DNA from: Coraliomargaritaceae bacterium
GTDB taxonomy: Bacteria; Verrucomicrobiota; Verrucomicrobiia; Opitutales; Coraliomargaritaceae
DNA length: 64,000 bases
Reading direction: 5' to 3'
Assembly: GCA_965656495.1 (NCBI GenBank)
Contig: CBFHKU010000002.1
Coordinates: forward strand, 64,001 to 128,000
Shown here: piece after piece, positions 25,800-34,558 of the stretch
How positions within the stretch are numbered: the first letter of the stretch is position 1
How the letters are laid out: the number at the start of each line of letters is the position of its first letter
Notes under the pieces: generated by a model
Databases searched by the model: none
What the model was told of the DNA's origin: nothing
Seen by the model: the letters and a program-made list of their open reading frames with translations, nothing else
Position numbers and translations under genes: made by a program

Positions 25800-25965
25800 A
25801 ATCCTGTCGCTTTGCTAGCCACCAGACGTGGAAGCGACAATCCTGTCGCTTTGCAGCCAACAGACGTGGAAGCGACACTCTTGTCGCTTTGCAGCCAACA
25901 GACGTGGAAGCGACGCTCTTGTCGCTTTGCTAGCCAACAAAAAGCGGCAGGATTGCCGCTTCCAC
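25800..25965. repeat. REP/BIME-like cluster 2
   Basis: Partial unit at 25800, full units at 25828, 25866, 25904, closed by the same inverted unit at 25941-25965. Confidence 0.9.
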
Positions 25966-26081
25966 CATACAGCATTCCTGTGTATTCGTGGTTCCTTTTT
26001 CAACACGGAGCGGCGGGCTTGGAAGTTCGATATTCGAAGTTCCCCAGATTCCTATCTAAACAGGCTTTCACTCTGGCACAT

Positions 26082-26113
26082 AAAAACCCGCGCCGGATGC
26101 CGGACGCGGGTTT
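26082..26113 (-). terminator. Rho-independent terminator of the FKBP gene
   Basis: AAAAACCCGCG-CCGGATGCCGGA-CGCGGGTTT; U-tract on the minus strand. Confidence 0.75.
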
Positions 26114-26136
26114 GTTGAAATTAGCAAGCGAGGGAA

Positions 26137-26889
26137 CTAGCTGCCGGGGTTGACTTCGATCAACTCACATTCGAAGACGAGGGTGTCGCCGGGTTGAATG
26201 GCGCCGCCAGGGCGGGGATTGTTGCCGTAGCCGAGCTCGCTGGGAATATAAAGGATAATCTTGCCGCCGGTGCCGATCTTGGTGAGGCCTTCACCAAAGC
26301 CGGGTACCACGCCGTTGAGGGGGAAAGTTGCGGGTTCGCCGCGGCCATAGGAACTGTCGAATTCGGTGCCGTCGATGCGGGTGCCTCGATAATGCACGAG
26401 GACGGTGTCTTCCATGCTGGGTTTGTCGTCGGCGCCGGCTTCAAGGACTTTGAAGTGCAGTCCGGATTCGGTGGACTGTACGGCGTCGTCGCTCTTGAGT
26501 TCCTCGATGTAGGCTTTACCGGCGGCGATGTTATCTCCGGCGGCATCGGCGGCTTCTTCTGCTGCGGCTGCCTGAGCGGTCGCCATACGGGCTTGAATGA
26601 ATGCCTGGAAGGCGGGGCTTTGCACCACTGCCAGCATGGCGGCGGAGGGCTCGGCATCTTTCAAAGCGGCGCTGAAGCCTTTCAGGATGGCTTCGGAATC
26701 GCTTGCCTCGAATCCGAGTTGTTTGATGCCCAGTTGAAAGGCGCTGAAATACCCGAAGGCTTCGACCATCTCGGCCTGAGAGGGCGCGACCGCGACCGGG
26801 GCGGTGGCGACTTCGGTTTGGGCGGCCAGAGGCGCGGCGCTGCTTAGGAGGGCCATCACAGCCGCGAGTGAAATGCTTTTTTGTATCAT
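26137..26889 (-). CDS. Periplasmic FKBP-type peptidyl-prolyl isomerase (FkpA/Mip-like)
   Basis: Signal peptide, helical N-terminal region, [35 protein letters not shown]. Confidence 0.93.
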   Translation of the reverse strand: MIQKSISLAAVMALLSSAAPLAAQTEVATAPVAVAPSQAEMVEAFGYFSAFQLGIKQLGFEASDSEAILKGFSAALKDAEPSAAMLAVVQSPAFQAFIQARMATAQAAAAEEAADAAGDNIAAGKAYIEELKSDDAVQSTESGLHFKVLEAGADDKPSMEDTVLVHYRGTRIDGTEFDSSYGRGEPATFPLNGVVPGFGEGLTKIGTGGKIILYIPSELGYGNNPRPGGAIQPGDTLVFECELIEVNPGS

Positions 26890-26970
26890 TGAGGTTCTGT
26901 TTTGAGGATTAAACTCTCAACGCTCTCAGAAATGACTGACAGGTCAAGACCAGAGGCTCGCGAAAGCCAT

Positions 26971-27009
26971 AAAGAAACCCCCCTGCAACCGTGTCGCAAG
27001 GGGGTCTCT
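26971..27009 (-). terminator. Terminator after cassette A
   Basis: Minus-strand RNA AGAGACCCCCUUGCGAC-ACG-GUUGCAGGGGGGUUUCU followed by UU; long stem with G-U pairs. Confidence 0.7.
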
Positions 27010-27030
27010 AAAGTGAATAATAAATAAAAA

Positions 27031-27681
27031 CTAGCGTCGGCGATAAAGCACCACGCCCACCAATGCAAATAAACCCAGCAAGGCCGCATAGGTCGATGGC
27101 TCGGGGATGATCTGGAAATGAGGTGCTCCGACTAGATTCATGCCAGTGAAGCGGGCATTCACCAACTTCGCGCCAGCGCGGAGAGTGTTGTAATTGGGAC
27201 TCCCAATTGTAAGGTGGGAAGCGTCAATGGCATTGATGTTACCATCATTTGCGCCCCCGTCGCCACCCTTTACGGTCCACTCATCTTTGATAGAGGCATC
27301 CAAGCCGACCGTAGTAATATCGACATAGATTATCGCCCAAGTGCCAGTGGAGGCATGATTCCATTTAATTGCCAACTGACGCCCCGCGATCGAACCGGTG
27401 TTCTGTTTGGCGACATTGGCATAAACAAAGAAACCTGGATCGTTGGTACCATCTTTTGGATTATTGACATCCTCGTTTGTGCTCACTCCCGAATGGAGCG
27501 AAGTAAAGGTGCCATTGAGGTAGGTACCGATCTCGACCGTGTCAGTGGCGGCGAGCGCCTGCCCGTTCAAACCCACCAAGTTATTAGCTAAATTAGCTGC
27601 ATAGGTGAATTGGGCGGCGTGCGCACCGGTGAAGCCCGACAAGGTAAAGAGGCCCAAGGTGATGATTCCCCTGTATTGCAT
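27031..27681 (-). CDS. PEP-CTERM sorting-domain protein (cassette A)
   Basis: Signal peptide ending AHA; C-terminus IPEPSTYAALLGLFALVGVVLYRRR. Confidence 0.92.
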   Translation of the reverse strand: MQYRGIITLGLFTLSGFTGAHAAQFTYAANLANNLVGLNGQALAATDTVEIGTYLNGTFTSLHSGVSTNEDVNNPKDGTNDPGFFVYANVAKQNTGSIAGRQLAIKWNHASTGTWAIIYVDITTVGLDASIKDEWTVKGGDGGANDGNINAIDASHLTIGSPNYNTLRAGAKLVNARFTGMNLVGAPHFQIIPEPSTYAALLGLFALVGVVLYRRR

Positions 27682-27720
27682 GTGGATGTTAGGTGGATGG
27701 TTTTATATGGATGGTGAAGC

Positions 27721-28755
27721 TTAGAGGGGGCTTTTTTCGGTGAGATTGAAGGCAGTATCAATGCGCCGGATCATAAACATGGAGCCAGGCGCTGCGATCA
27801 CGGTGTCCGCTTGGTCCGTACTGGAACTCGCGGCACTGCGCCAACCGGTGCCGCCAATTAAACCGGCGTTTTTGTAATAATAGGTAGTGATATTGCCGCT
27901 GCGATCAAAAACTAGCACGTTGTCGGCAGTGCCGGGGCCATCGCTACCCTTAAGCCCTGCCTCATTGTTCGCACCAAAAAAACCCGCGAGGGTAACATCC
28001 ACCGGGAGCGAGGCGGTCTTCCAGTTGAAGCCTTGCTCCACCGGGGTGACGACATCCTCCGGAAAGACCGAACCCATAACCGAAACTTTGAGATCCGCGC
28101 TTTCACCGCGCACCGCAATGATCCCGCTGCCGTGGGGAATAATGGTGCCCGAGGCGTCCACACTGGAACTGGCGGCACTGCGCCAACCGGTGCCGCCGAT
28201 CAGTCCGGCATTTTTATAGTAATAGGTATTAAAGCTGTTGGAGCCAGTCTGAACCAGAATGTTGTCGGCGGTTCCTGGTCCATCACTTGCCTTCAATCCG
28301 GCGCTATTATCGGCACCGAAGACATCGGCGATGGTGGTGTATTTATGGATGGCGAATTGCTCGTTGCCAGTGAGGACCGAGCTGAGGTTTTCGGCGGTGG
28401 TGAGGGTATCGGCGGTATTGGCGGTGATGGTGGCGCTCATTCCGGTATTATCGCCCGATAGGATCATGACGAAGTGGGTGTTGGCGTAGGCGTTGGCGGT
28501 CCATGCGGCGTTGTTGCAGGTGATGGAATTATCCGCCTTGGCGGTTATGGCGCCGCGGAAGTTCGCCTCGTGGTGCATGGGTACCCCTAGATAGGAGAAG
28601 GCTTCGGTCCCCTGCCCACCGGTGCCATTGATCGTAATCGTCACATAACCGACCGGATTAGTGGTAACGGCTTGGCCAGCTTGGCTAAAGAGGTGGGTGC
28701 CTGACAGGCAAAAAAGAATAAGAAACAGGAGGAATGGGAGTGAGGCTTTTTTCAT
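27721..28755 (-). CDS. Secreted protein resembling the verrucomicrobial TIGR02597 family (cassette A)
   Basis: Signal peptide then TTNPVGYVTITING; two internal repeats; paralogous to 30026-31090. Family name is from recall of the TxPVG N-terminus, not from a search. Confidence 0.65.
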   Translation of the reverse strand: MKKASLPFLLFLILFCLSGTHLFSQAGQAVTTNPVGYVTITINGTGGQGTEAFSYLGVPMHHEANFRGAITAKADNSITCNNAAWTANAYANTHFVMILSGDNTGMSATITANTADTLTTAENLSSVLTGNEQFAIHKYTTIADVFGADNSAGLKASDGPGTADNILVQTGSNSFNTYYYKNAGLIGGTGWRSAASSSVDASGTIIPHGSGIIAVRGESADLKVSVMGSVFPEDVVTPVEQGFNWKTASLPVDVTLAGFFGANNEAGLKGSDGPGTADNVLVFDRSGNITTYYYKNAGLIGGTGWRSAASSSTDQADTVIAAPGSMFMIRRIDTAFNLTEKSPL

Positions 28756-29063
28756 AATTATACATCTTACTTCAATCTGCGACCCTCTGGCAAGGCTTAT
28801 GTTTCATTTTTTAGACTGTTTTGTTTTTTGTTTAAGTTTTTTATTTTTATTGTAAATTTATTGTATTTCGCGGGTTTTATACAATTGGTAATTATACCGA
28901 GTCAAAAACCACCGCTACCCGTCAGCGCGGAGCGGATTCACGGCGCAGGCGCCGTGGAACGTTGAACATCGAACACTGAACGATGAGTGTAGGGAGGGAG
29001 ATCTTGGTAGTTGTTAAGAATAATCCTCTCTTACTCTAAGGAACGCCGAAAGGGTTGTATCTC

Positions 29064-29292
29064 GTGGAAGCGGCAATCCTGCCGCTTTGCTTGTGGTAGG
29101 AAAGCGACAGGAGTGTCGCTTCTACGGCTTGCGTTGAAAAACGGCAAGCGTGCCGCCCTGGTTGTGGGTGGAAGCGGCAATCCTGCCGCTTTGCTTGTGG
29201 TAGGAAAGCGACAGGAGTGTCGCTTCTACGGCTTGCGTTGAAAAACGACGTGCCGCTCTGGTTCTGGGTGGAAGCGGCAATCCTGCCGCTTT
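29064..29292. repeat. REP cluster 3: 2.5 copies of an inverted REP doublet (REPIN-like)
   Basis: GTGGAAGCGGCAATCCTGCCGCTTT-N12-AAAGCGACAGGAGTGTCGCTTCTAC at 29064 and 29168; single REP at 29268. Confidence 0.9.
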
Positions 29293-29333
29293 GCTTTTCA
29301 ATTCAGGGCTGCGTCGGGCTTAGCGTGGACCAC

Positions 29334-29363
29334 AAAAAAAAGCCCCGCGGGTGCGGGGCTTTT
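29334..29363 (-). terminator. Terminator after cassette B
   Basis: AAAAAAAAGCCCCGC-GGGT-GCGGGGCTTTT; GC stem with U8 tail on the minus strand. Confidence 0.85.
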
Positions 29364-29407
29364 GGGGAGGGGTAATTAAGGTTTCCGTTTGACGGGAAAG
29401 TGATAAG

Positions 29408-29986
29408 CTACTTGCGGCGACGGATCGCAACCCATGTGAAGGCCACAAAGCCGAAGAGCAGCGCGAAGGTGCCCGGCTCGGGAACAACTGAGATGTCATA
29501 ACCTGTGCCTTGGAAGCCACCGCTTGCGATGCTCAGACCAAATGCTGTGTACGCACCATCATGTGTTCCTACAACGGTATAGTCTAATGAATCTGGTGTG
29601 TTGCCTGCAGGAGCACCACTAATAAGATCCCAAGAATCAAGATTAAGATATCCTGCATTGAGACCATCTACAATCTTTAGCCAAGCTTCGCTAGAAGACG
29701 CTGCAGTAACATTAGTACTGGAAGTAGTACCTGCATTAAATCCTACATTGTTGCTGTTCCAAGATGAGCTTTCTGCTAAGGAAACAAAACCTGTACCTGA
29801 AGCGTTAGCTGCGGAACCAGAAAAGTAACCAATAATTAAGGAATCTGCTGCTGCAGAATCCGTACCCAAGAAAAAAGCTGATCCAGGTACGGCTTTACTG
29901 CCATAAACAATATCTGCAAACGTGTCCTGCGCATGAGCAAAGTTTGAAAGACCAATGGAGGTGAGTAGAATAAGTATTTTTTTCAT
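29408..29986 (-). CDS. PEP-CTERM sorting-domain protein (cassette B)
   Basis: Signal peptide ending AHA; C-terminus VPEPGTFALLFGFVAFTWVAIRRRK. Confidence 0.92.
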   Translation of the reverse strand: MKKILILLTSIGLSNFAHAQDTFADIVYGSKAVPGSAFFLGTDSAAADSLIIGYFSGSAANASGTGFVSLAESSSWNSNNVGFNAGTTSSTNVTAASSSEAWLKIVDGLNAGYLNLDSWDLISGAPAGNTPDSLDYTVVGTHDGAYTAFGLSIASGGFQGTGYDISVVPEPGTFALLFGFVAFTWVAIRRRK

Positions 29987-30025
29987 AGTATTTTAACAAG
30001 TTATAGGATAATTTAAGATATAATT

Positions 30026-31090
30026 TTAAAATGGAATTGCATCAGCCCAAGCAAGTCCACTACCGATGTGCTTGATAATGATTGAGCTACCTGTAGGAAT
30101 CAAAGTGTCGTCCACTGGAGTGTTGGGGTCGGCTACAGTTCTCCAACCATCGCCACTAAAGAAACCAAATTCATCCGTAAGGTAGTAGTAGCTGCTGAAT
30201 GTTCCGTTCGGTTTGATCACATAAACGATGTCCGAGTCCGCACTGCTGCCAGCTGATACGTAACCGTTTGTTGCGGAGTAGATACCAGAATCAGCTAAAG
30301 TCACATCTACTGGAAACGGATATGCTACTAATGAGAATCCGTTCGGCAAATCACGCTTTAAATCCACGGTTGAAACATTCCCAGATACAACCGTGGTTAA
30401 GTCACCTGATGCAATGCGGCGCACGATCAACCCGTCATCAGGACCCACTACTAGATTGGAATAATCAGTGTTAAAATCAGTAACTGATCTCCAACCATCG
30501 CCATTAAAGAAACCAAATTCGTCAGTCAGATAATAGTATGTGGCAAAGAGGCCATTACCGGTTGAACTCATAAGATAAATGGTATCCGAATCCGATGGTG
30601 ATCCAGCTGATTTCAAACCTGTTTCGTTGGCTGCTCCAAAAACATCTGCGAGAGTAAGGTGCGCCTTTACCGCGTAAGTATCACCGGCAGAAACAATTCC
30701 ATTCAAATCGGTACCGGTTGTGTACGTTTTCGCATCGTTGGAAAGTATGTCAAAAATGAGACCTTCATTTGCACCACTGGTAATTTGGATGAAGTAGGAG
30801 CTATTGCCTGCTGCATCCGTAGCGGCGTAAGCATTGGTTTCATTATTTGCGGTGCTGTCGGTAAGGACTGCGGAAGTGGCATTAGAAGTGATTGAGCCAG
30901 TTACAACGGCAGCATTTTGCAAACCTGCACTGAGGGCTGTAAACGCTGGAGTCGTGCCATCTGGAGAACCGTTAATCGTCAAAGTTATGTAGCCTACAGG
31001 CTCAGTGCTAACCGTTTGTGCCTGCAAGATTCCGAGCGATGGAAGCAATAATGTATAAAGGTATATTTGAAGATAGGGGCGTATGAACAT
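30026..31090 (-). CDS. Secreted TIGR02597-like protein (cassette B)
   Basis: Signal peptide then STEPVGYITLTING; TLADVFGAANETGLK; two YYY...GWR repeats; clear paralog of 27721-28755. Confidence 0.65.
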   Translation of the reverse strand: MFIRPYLQIYLYTLLLPSLGILQAQTVSTEPVGYITLTINGSPDGTTPAFTALSAGLQNAAVVTGSITSNATSAVLTDSTANNETNAYAATDAAGNSSYFIQITSGANEGLIFDILSNDAKTYTTGTDLNGIVSAGDTYAVKAHLTLADVFGAANETGLKSAGSPSDSDTIYLMSSTGNGLFATYYYLTDEFGFFNGDGWRSVTDFNTDYSNLVVGPDDGLIVRRIASGDLTTVVSGNVSTVDLKRDLPNGFSLVAYPFPVDVTLADSGIYSATNGYVSAGSSADSDIVYVIKPNGTFSSYYYLTDEFGFFSGDGWRTVADPNTPVDDTLIPTGSSIIIKHIGSGLAWADAIPF

Positions 31091-31252
31091 ACCCCAGTAG
31101 ACTATAAAATATACCTAATGTTCAAGTTTATTTTTTGTATTTATTCGTTTTAAACTATTCTAAGCAATAAAACGTAAAGAAAATACGAAAAAACCCATCT
31201 CCTGCCCCTTAAAATTACGGAATAAGCTACCTGTTACTTACCCGCCTTGCGC

Positions 31253-32062
31253 TTATTCGGGCCGATTGAAGATCCAGTCGGTCAGGCCGATATTAAAGTC
31301 CACTTGTTCGAGGGTAAGGGTCGTCTCAAGCCCGTCATCGGTTTTGCTCAAGACCTTAAACGCGACCGGAAAACCGTTGATGGTCTTAAAATCCTTACAA
31401 AGCAAGGTCGTGGTGGTATTAAACTCTTCGTCGCGATTGACGATCTTAACGTCCAGATAAGTGCGCACATCGATGTAATAATCGACGGTAAAATTGTTTT
31501 GCAAACGAACGCGGATGCGATGGCAAACGGTATCCATTTCACGGGTCGTGCCGAGGTATTCGATGGTTTTACCACTTCGGTAAGGATATAGAAGGTAATT
31601 ACCGAAGACCGAGGAATGAATGAATCGACGGGCTTCATCTGCCGACATCAAGGCAGCGGGAGAGTTGGTCTCGGGCATGTGCTGCCAGGCTTCCGCACCA
31701 TCGTAGCCGAGCACAATTTGCCCATGCGAACTATCGAGGATCATTTTCAAGCGGTCGGGCTTGCGCTGGTAGCAGCGCATTTTGAATACTTTGTCACCAA
31801 AAGCCAAGGTACCCTTGAGGCGCATACTGGAAATCCCGCTCCAAGTATCGCTGCCGCCAAGACCGAGCTGGTAGTAGCGGGTCAGCAATTTTTCAAGATT
31901 GGAGTTACCCAATTCCGGCATCGCTGCCTCGTGCTGGCTCGCGGTTATATCGTCCGGCACCTGCAAACATTCGTTTTTTACCTCCGCCGTGAGCGGACTG
32001 AGGGAAAAAAGGATCCAGCATGCGCACGCACGCACAAGAAAGTGAGCTTTTGTATGCTTCAT
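31253..32062 (-). CDS. Secreted protein, probably LolA-like/outer-membrane lipoprotein-sorting fold
   Basis: Signal peptide; LGG...SMRLKG, LGYDGAEAWQ, YYIDVRTYL, DFKTINGFPVAF, VDFN...FNRP pattern. Confidence 0.55.
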   Translation of the reverse strand: MKHTKAHFLVRACACWILFSLSPLTAEVKNECLQVPDDITASQHEAAMPELGNSNLEKLLTRYYQLGLGGSDTWSGISSMRLKGTLAFGDKVFKMRCYQRKPDRLKMILDSSHGQIVLGYDGAEAWQHMPETNSPAALMSADEARRFIHSSVFGNYLLYPYRSGKTIEYLGTTREMDTVCHRIRVRLQNNFTVDYYIDVRTYLDVKIVNRDEEFNTTTTLLCKDFKTINGFPVAFKVLSKTDDGLETTLTLEQVDFNIGLTDWIFNRPE

Positions 32063-32176
32063 ATATTAAAATAATACCGTTACAGTAAAAACAGATTATC
32101 TCCAATTCTAAAATCTTATTATTTGAATCGACTCCTCTTTTAAATACAACACTACTTGCAGCATCGATTTGGACTC

Positions 32177-33466
32177 ATGCCAACCTTTCAATACAGAGCA
32201 CGCACCCGGACCGGTGCATCGGAAGACGGTCAGCTTGAAGCGCCGGACCGCAGGCAGGCGGCTCAGCGCCTGAGCGCTAAAGGCTTGCATCCTCTAAGCC
32301 TAAAGGTGATACAAGAGCAAAATTCAAAAGCCGGCAAAGTATGGGAGCAAGTCCGGGAAAAGCTAACCGCCCTGCGTCCTCGAAACAACAAAAGCTCCAC
32401 GAGTGAAAGCCCGCAACCCGGAGGTAGCCCCAAAAAGGAAAAAACCGGGCTCACGTTCCTGCAACGCTTACTCGAGCTTCACAGTTCCGGACTGCCCGCC
32501 GGTGATTCCGTGAAAATCCTAAGTCAACGCCTCAGCCAGCCGGAACTCAAAACACTCGCCCAAAAACTCTGGCGCGACCTCAGCGAAGGCAGTACCCTCG
32601 CGAGCGCCCTCGCCCGCCAACCCAACTATTTCAACAGTTCCAGCACCTACGTGATCGAGGCGGGTGAAGCCACCGGTAACCTTGTTCCGATCCTCACGAA
32701 GGTCATCGATTACCTCGAAGAAAAGCAGGCAATCCGCCGCAAAATGCTCGCCAGTATGCTCTACCCCGCCTTCATTTGCACCGTTGCGGTGGGCGTTGTC
32801 ATCCTATTCCTGACCGTCCTCCTCCCGCAAATTCAAGGCATGCTCGAACGCCTCGGCTCTGAAATGACCTGGAGCGCGAAACTCCTTATCGACGGCGCCG
32901 ACCTCCTCGTGTACTTCGGCCCCTTTGCCCTTGTCGCGCTTGCGGTAATCGCCCTCGCCCTCCGCCAGTGGCGCCAAACCGAAACCGGCCGCGCCCGCAC
33001 CGACGCCTGGCTCCTCCGCGTCCCGCTCCTCGGCCCCATTGCCCTCCACGGGGATCTCTTCCAACTCGGCAACCTTGTCAGCACCCTCCTGCAAAGCGGT
33101 ATCAATACCACTGAAACCCTCCAACTCACCGAGCGCACCGTCAACAACCGCGCCCTACGCGAACGCTTTCGCACCGCCCGCCAGCAAGTCAATGAAGGCC
33201 TCTCCATTGCGCAGGCCTTTCGCCGCAACGCCCTCATGCCCGACCTCGCCCTCGACGTCCTCGCAGTGGGCGAAAACACCGGCAACCTCGCCAAAAGTAT
33301 GACTGAAGTTACCAAAGGCTTCCGGCAGGAACTGACCCAACGCCTCGAACGCCTCACCACCCTCGTCTCTACCGGAGCCCTCGTGGCAGCCTTCCTCCTC
33401 GTCGCCCTCATCGCGATCGGCATCGTCACCAGCGTCTTTCAGGTCAGCCAGTCGCTCTCCATCTAG
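32177..33466 (+). CDS. Type II secretion system F / PilC family platform protein
   Basis: Start MPTFQYRA; AGEATGNL, MLYP, VGENTGNL; three TM helices. Confidence 0.92.
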   Translation: MPTFQYRARTRTGASEDGQLEAPDRRQAAQRLSAKGLHPLSLKVIQEQNSKAGKVWEQVREKLTALRPRNNKSSTSESPQPGGSPKKEKTGLTFLQRLLELHSSGLPAGDSVKILSQRLSQPELKTLAQKLWRDLSEGSTLASALARQPNYFNSSSTYVIEAGEATGNLVPILTKVIDYLEEKQAIRRKMLASMLYPAFICTVAVGVVILFLTVLLPQIQGMLERLGSEMTWSAKLLIDGADLLVYFGPFALVALAVIALALRQWRQTETGRARTDAWLLRVPLLGPIALHGDLFQLGNLVSTLLQSGINTTETLQLTERTVNNRALRERFRTARQQVNEGLSIAQAFRRNALMPDLALDVLAVGENTGNLAKSMTEVTKGFRQELTQRLERLTTLVSTGALVAAFLLVALIAIGIVTSVFQVSQSLSI

Positions 33467-33648
33467 GCCATGGTCCTGCCAAAAATAAATCGCAATTAAC
33501 CACCGAACGTAACCTTAGGGCACAGCAACGTTTACATGAAACCTCGGTAAGCTTAAAATATTTACATATTAATTTTTAAACCCTTTTTTTTCTTGAATTT
33601 TTTATATCCATTCCATTGTATAGCTTCCTAACCTCAAATTGTAAAACC

Positions 33649-34230
33649 ATGAAGCTTCTAAAATATATTCAAATCCTCATTATCAGCCTCGTCCCCGTCC
33701 TTGTCAGCGCGCAGCAAAGCTACAGTTTCCTCGATAAAGGAAATGTTTATGACAAGAATACCAGCGTTCAGGAAACAATCGGGTCCTTGACGATCACCGC
33801 GACTTCCACAGGCGGCGTCTTCAACTCCAACAAGAAAAACTTCGGTATTGTTGACACCACCATCGATGGCACCGCTGAAATCGTAACCCTCAGTTTCTCG
33901 CAGGCCGTTGAAATTACCCTCATTGATTTCAGCGGAATTGGTAGCGACCTCACCGATGGTGCTAAAATCACCACCACAACTACTCCCGCCCTCAGCCTTG
34001 ATCTCTTCACCGGCGTGACAGGCTTCAGCGGAAGCACCGATATCTACACCCCCGCCACCCCGATCCGCCTCGAACCGGGCGAAAGCATTTCCTTTACCGG
34101 AAGCAGCGATACCTCCGGCTTCGAGCTTCACAGCATCCAATACAATGTAATCCCTGAAATGAGCGCCCAGTCCCTTGGCACCGGCGCCGCCGGACTGACC
34201 CTGGTGATCCTGTCACGGCTCGTGCAGTAA
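33649..34230 (+). CDS. Ser/Thr-rich secreted protein with a degenerate PEP-CTERM tail
   Basis: Start MKLLKY; signal peptide; C-terminus VIPEMSAQSLGTGAAGLTLVILSRLVQ. Confidence 0.7.
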   Translation: MKLLKYIQILIISLVPVLVSAQQSYSFLDKGNVYDKNTSVQETIGSLTITATSTGGVFNSNKKNFGIVDTTIDGTAEIVTLSFSQAVEITLIDFSGIGSDLTDGAKITTTTTPALSLDLFTGVTGFSGSTDIYTPATPIRLEPGESISFTGSSDTSGFELHSIQYNVIPEMSAQSLGTGAAGLTLVILSRLVQ

Positions 34231-34327
34231 GCGCGGGAGGCAGGCATTTGGAATCGTTATCCCAAAATCGAGGAATTCATTCTCTATTCGATTGGCCCTT
34301 GCTCTCACTTAAGGTCAAAACCTGTCA

Positions 34328-34363
34328 CACCGCTATCTGCTTTGCTTCCAGCAGATAGCGGTG
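34328..34363. other. Perfect 14-bp stem-loop between convergent genes
   Basis: CACCGCTATCTGCT-TTGCTTCC-AGCAGATAGCGGTG; no U-tract on either side. Confidence 0.7.
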
Positions 34364-34558
34364 ACCCGACTAATCGGATGATTTCAGATGCTGAGTAATG
34401 GGTGCTGCGATGAACCAAAGCGGCATCCCGATAATCATCAGGAGCTTTGTCGTTGAAAGCGTGAGGGCTCCAAAGAGGAAGCAGACTGCTGGTAAAATCG
34501 TGAGCGCCAGGCCGATCCGGCCGATCCAAATTAATAATAAACGCATCGTCTCTGCGGC

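Noticed and set aside
25504..25965. CRISPR array
   Set aside because: Linkers are only about 11-14 nt and nearly identical rather than unique spacers, arrays end in an inverted copy, and no cas gene is in the window; REP architecture fits better.
25366..26153. Short ORFs across the REP clusters (also 29011-29241)
   Set aside because: Translations simply mirror the DNA repeats.
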